In this document: one piece after another, positions 1-64,000 of the stretch | Layout: each line of letters begins with the position of its first letter | Numbering within the stretch: the first letter of the stretch is position 1 | Assembly: GCA_012295275.1 (NCBI GenBank) | Contig: CM022679.1 | Coordinates: forward strand, 28,148,001-28,212,000 | Direction: 5' to 3' | Length of the DNA: 64,000 bases | Origin: Chrysomallon squamiferum | Taxonomy: Eukaryota > Animalia > Mollusca | The notes under the pieces: generated by a model | What the model saw: the letters and a program-made list of their open reading frames with translations, nothing else | Told to the model about the DNA's origin: nothing | The model's database searches: none | Made by a program: the position numbers and the translations under genes

Positions 1-732
1 ATGTAGTTGATAATAATTTACGGGGTGGGGGGATGGGAGAACAAAGAAAAGAAAAAAAAAAGATGAAAAGTACACGAAAAAACTTCTCGTTAATAGTACA
101 TCGTGAGAAACGAAAATTATCAACATAACTACAAATCTATTTAGTTTTGATATATATGCATTATAACTTATGTGTTTGCAATCTGCAAGTCAGAGATGTA
201 TTTTCCTATTATCATAATAACTGACATTTATGTAAGTATTTCAGCGTACTAATGTGTAGGCCTATCTGCGTTTCCATATGCATTATTAATTTTACAAAAC
301 GTGTGTGTTTGTGTGGTATTTTAGTTATCTGAGCGTTATTTTCAGAATTTAAATCAGCGCTATCCAATTTCTTACGCAGCCCATCTGCGTAATACCATCG
401 ACTCCACTACAGAAACATGCAGAAGATAATTCAAAACATCAAATTTTAATTACATCGTGTTATATGAATTATTTTTGCTATTCCACTGAGAAAATAAAAG
501 ATTTCAAACCAATATAATTTTGAAAAAACCCAGATAAACAACAAAAACGTATGTTATCTTTAAAAAATATAAAAGTTTATTTAAAATTTCATATAAAAAT
601 ATAAATGAATAAATATTATATTTTAAATAAAATGACAAAAAGATGTCAATTAAAATTATGAAGACCAGAATATAAATACATGAATCACAGTATTTAGTAT
701 AATATAAATATATCCATATCACAGGTTTTGTT

Positions 733-738
733 TTTATT
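733..738 (-). promoter_or_regulatory. Candidate polyadenylation signal AATAAA
   Basis: First AATAAA I found on the minus strand after the stop codon, about 450 nt downstream. Weak evidence in such AT-rich DNA. Confidence 0.25.
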
Positions 739-1182
739 ATTTTATCTTTATACAGCAGAAAATACAGTAGACATTACTTAGTTTATGTTGTAAATAAAAT
801 ATCAGTTAAATAAATACATATATATCTGTAAATGCAAATCAAGTTAAGTATATAAATATGTGTAAAAAGTAAACATACTGACAACAAATATAAGTGGATA
901 GATAAATAAATATATTTCTTAAAATAAAATCAGAAAATGTGTATAAACAAATTAATTGAAATAAATATTAAAGTATAAAAATTTGTTTATAGATATATAT
1001 ATAAAGACAACATCACAAATACACATACAAATAAATAAATAAAAAAGATGTTTAATAAATAAATACAAACACATACATGTCTGTCACACATATAATAAAT
1101 ATAAAAATTAATAAATAACATGTTTAAACACAAAATGTGTGTTTGCAGGGTGATTGCCAACATTCACTTATTAAAACATCTA

Positions 1183-63900
<62,718 letters not shown>

Positions 63901-64000
63901 CTGCAAGATATTTTAAAATAAATAATAAATTCATTATTATTATTGTTGTTGTTGTTGTTACTGAGTGTTGATTCTTCATTATGATCATAATATTTTATCA

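Noticed and set aside
1-722. G-run at 22-37, a mildly CpG-richer stretch, and ORF 504-722
   Set aside because: There is no recognisable gene, RNA or element. The ORF is low-complexity AT-rich sequence, probably 3' UTR or intergenic.

Overview
Eukaryotic, very AT-rich, microsatellite-dense animal genomic DNA; the style suggests a lophotrochozoan, possibly a mollusc (inference only). Almost the whole window is the 3' part of ONE giant multi-exon cadherin gene on the minus strand, which enters at the right edge and stops at 1183-1185. By hand I traced 111 GT-AG coding exons (109 clean, 2 scrambled by repeats), about 21.4 kb of CDS or about 7,100 aa. They encode at least about 65 extracellular cadherin (EC) repeats, a membrane-adjacent non-EC domain, one TM helix and a short tail with NPIY and a C-terminal PDZ-type motif (-TTIL). 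This resembles CDH23/PCDH15/CDHR2/Cad99C architecture, not Fat or classical cadherins. Nearly all EC linkers are non-canonical (xRNxNxP or xRDxxxP instead of DxNDNxP, with no DRE). The repeats form 2-EC super-repeats, and the array is built from strictly alternating phase-0 half-domain exons. At least nine tandem duplications or minisatellites are anchored on exon-intron junctions and copy splice sites. Two of them scramble exons, probably as assembly artefacts. No RNA genes, CRISPR arrays or recognisable transposon ORFs were found.
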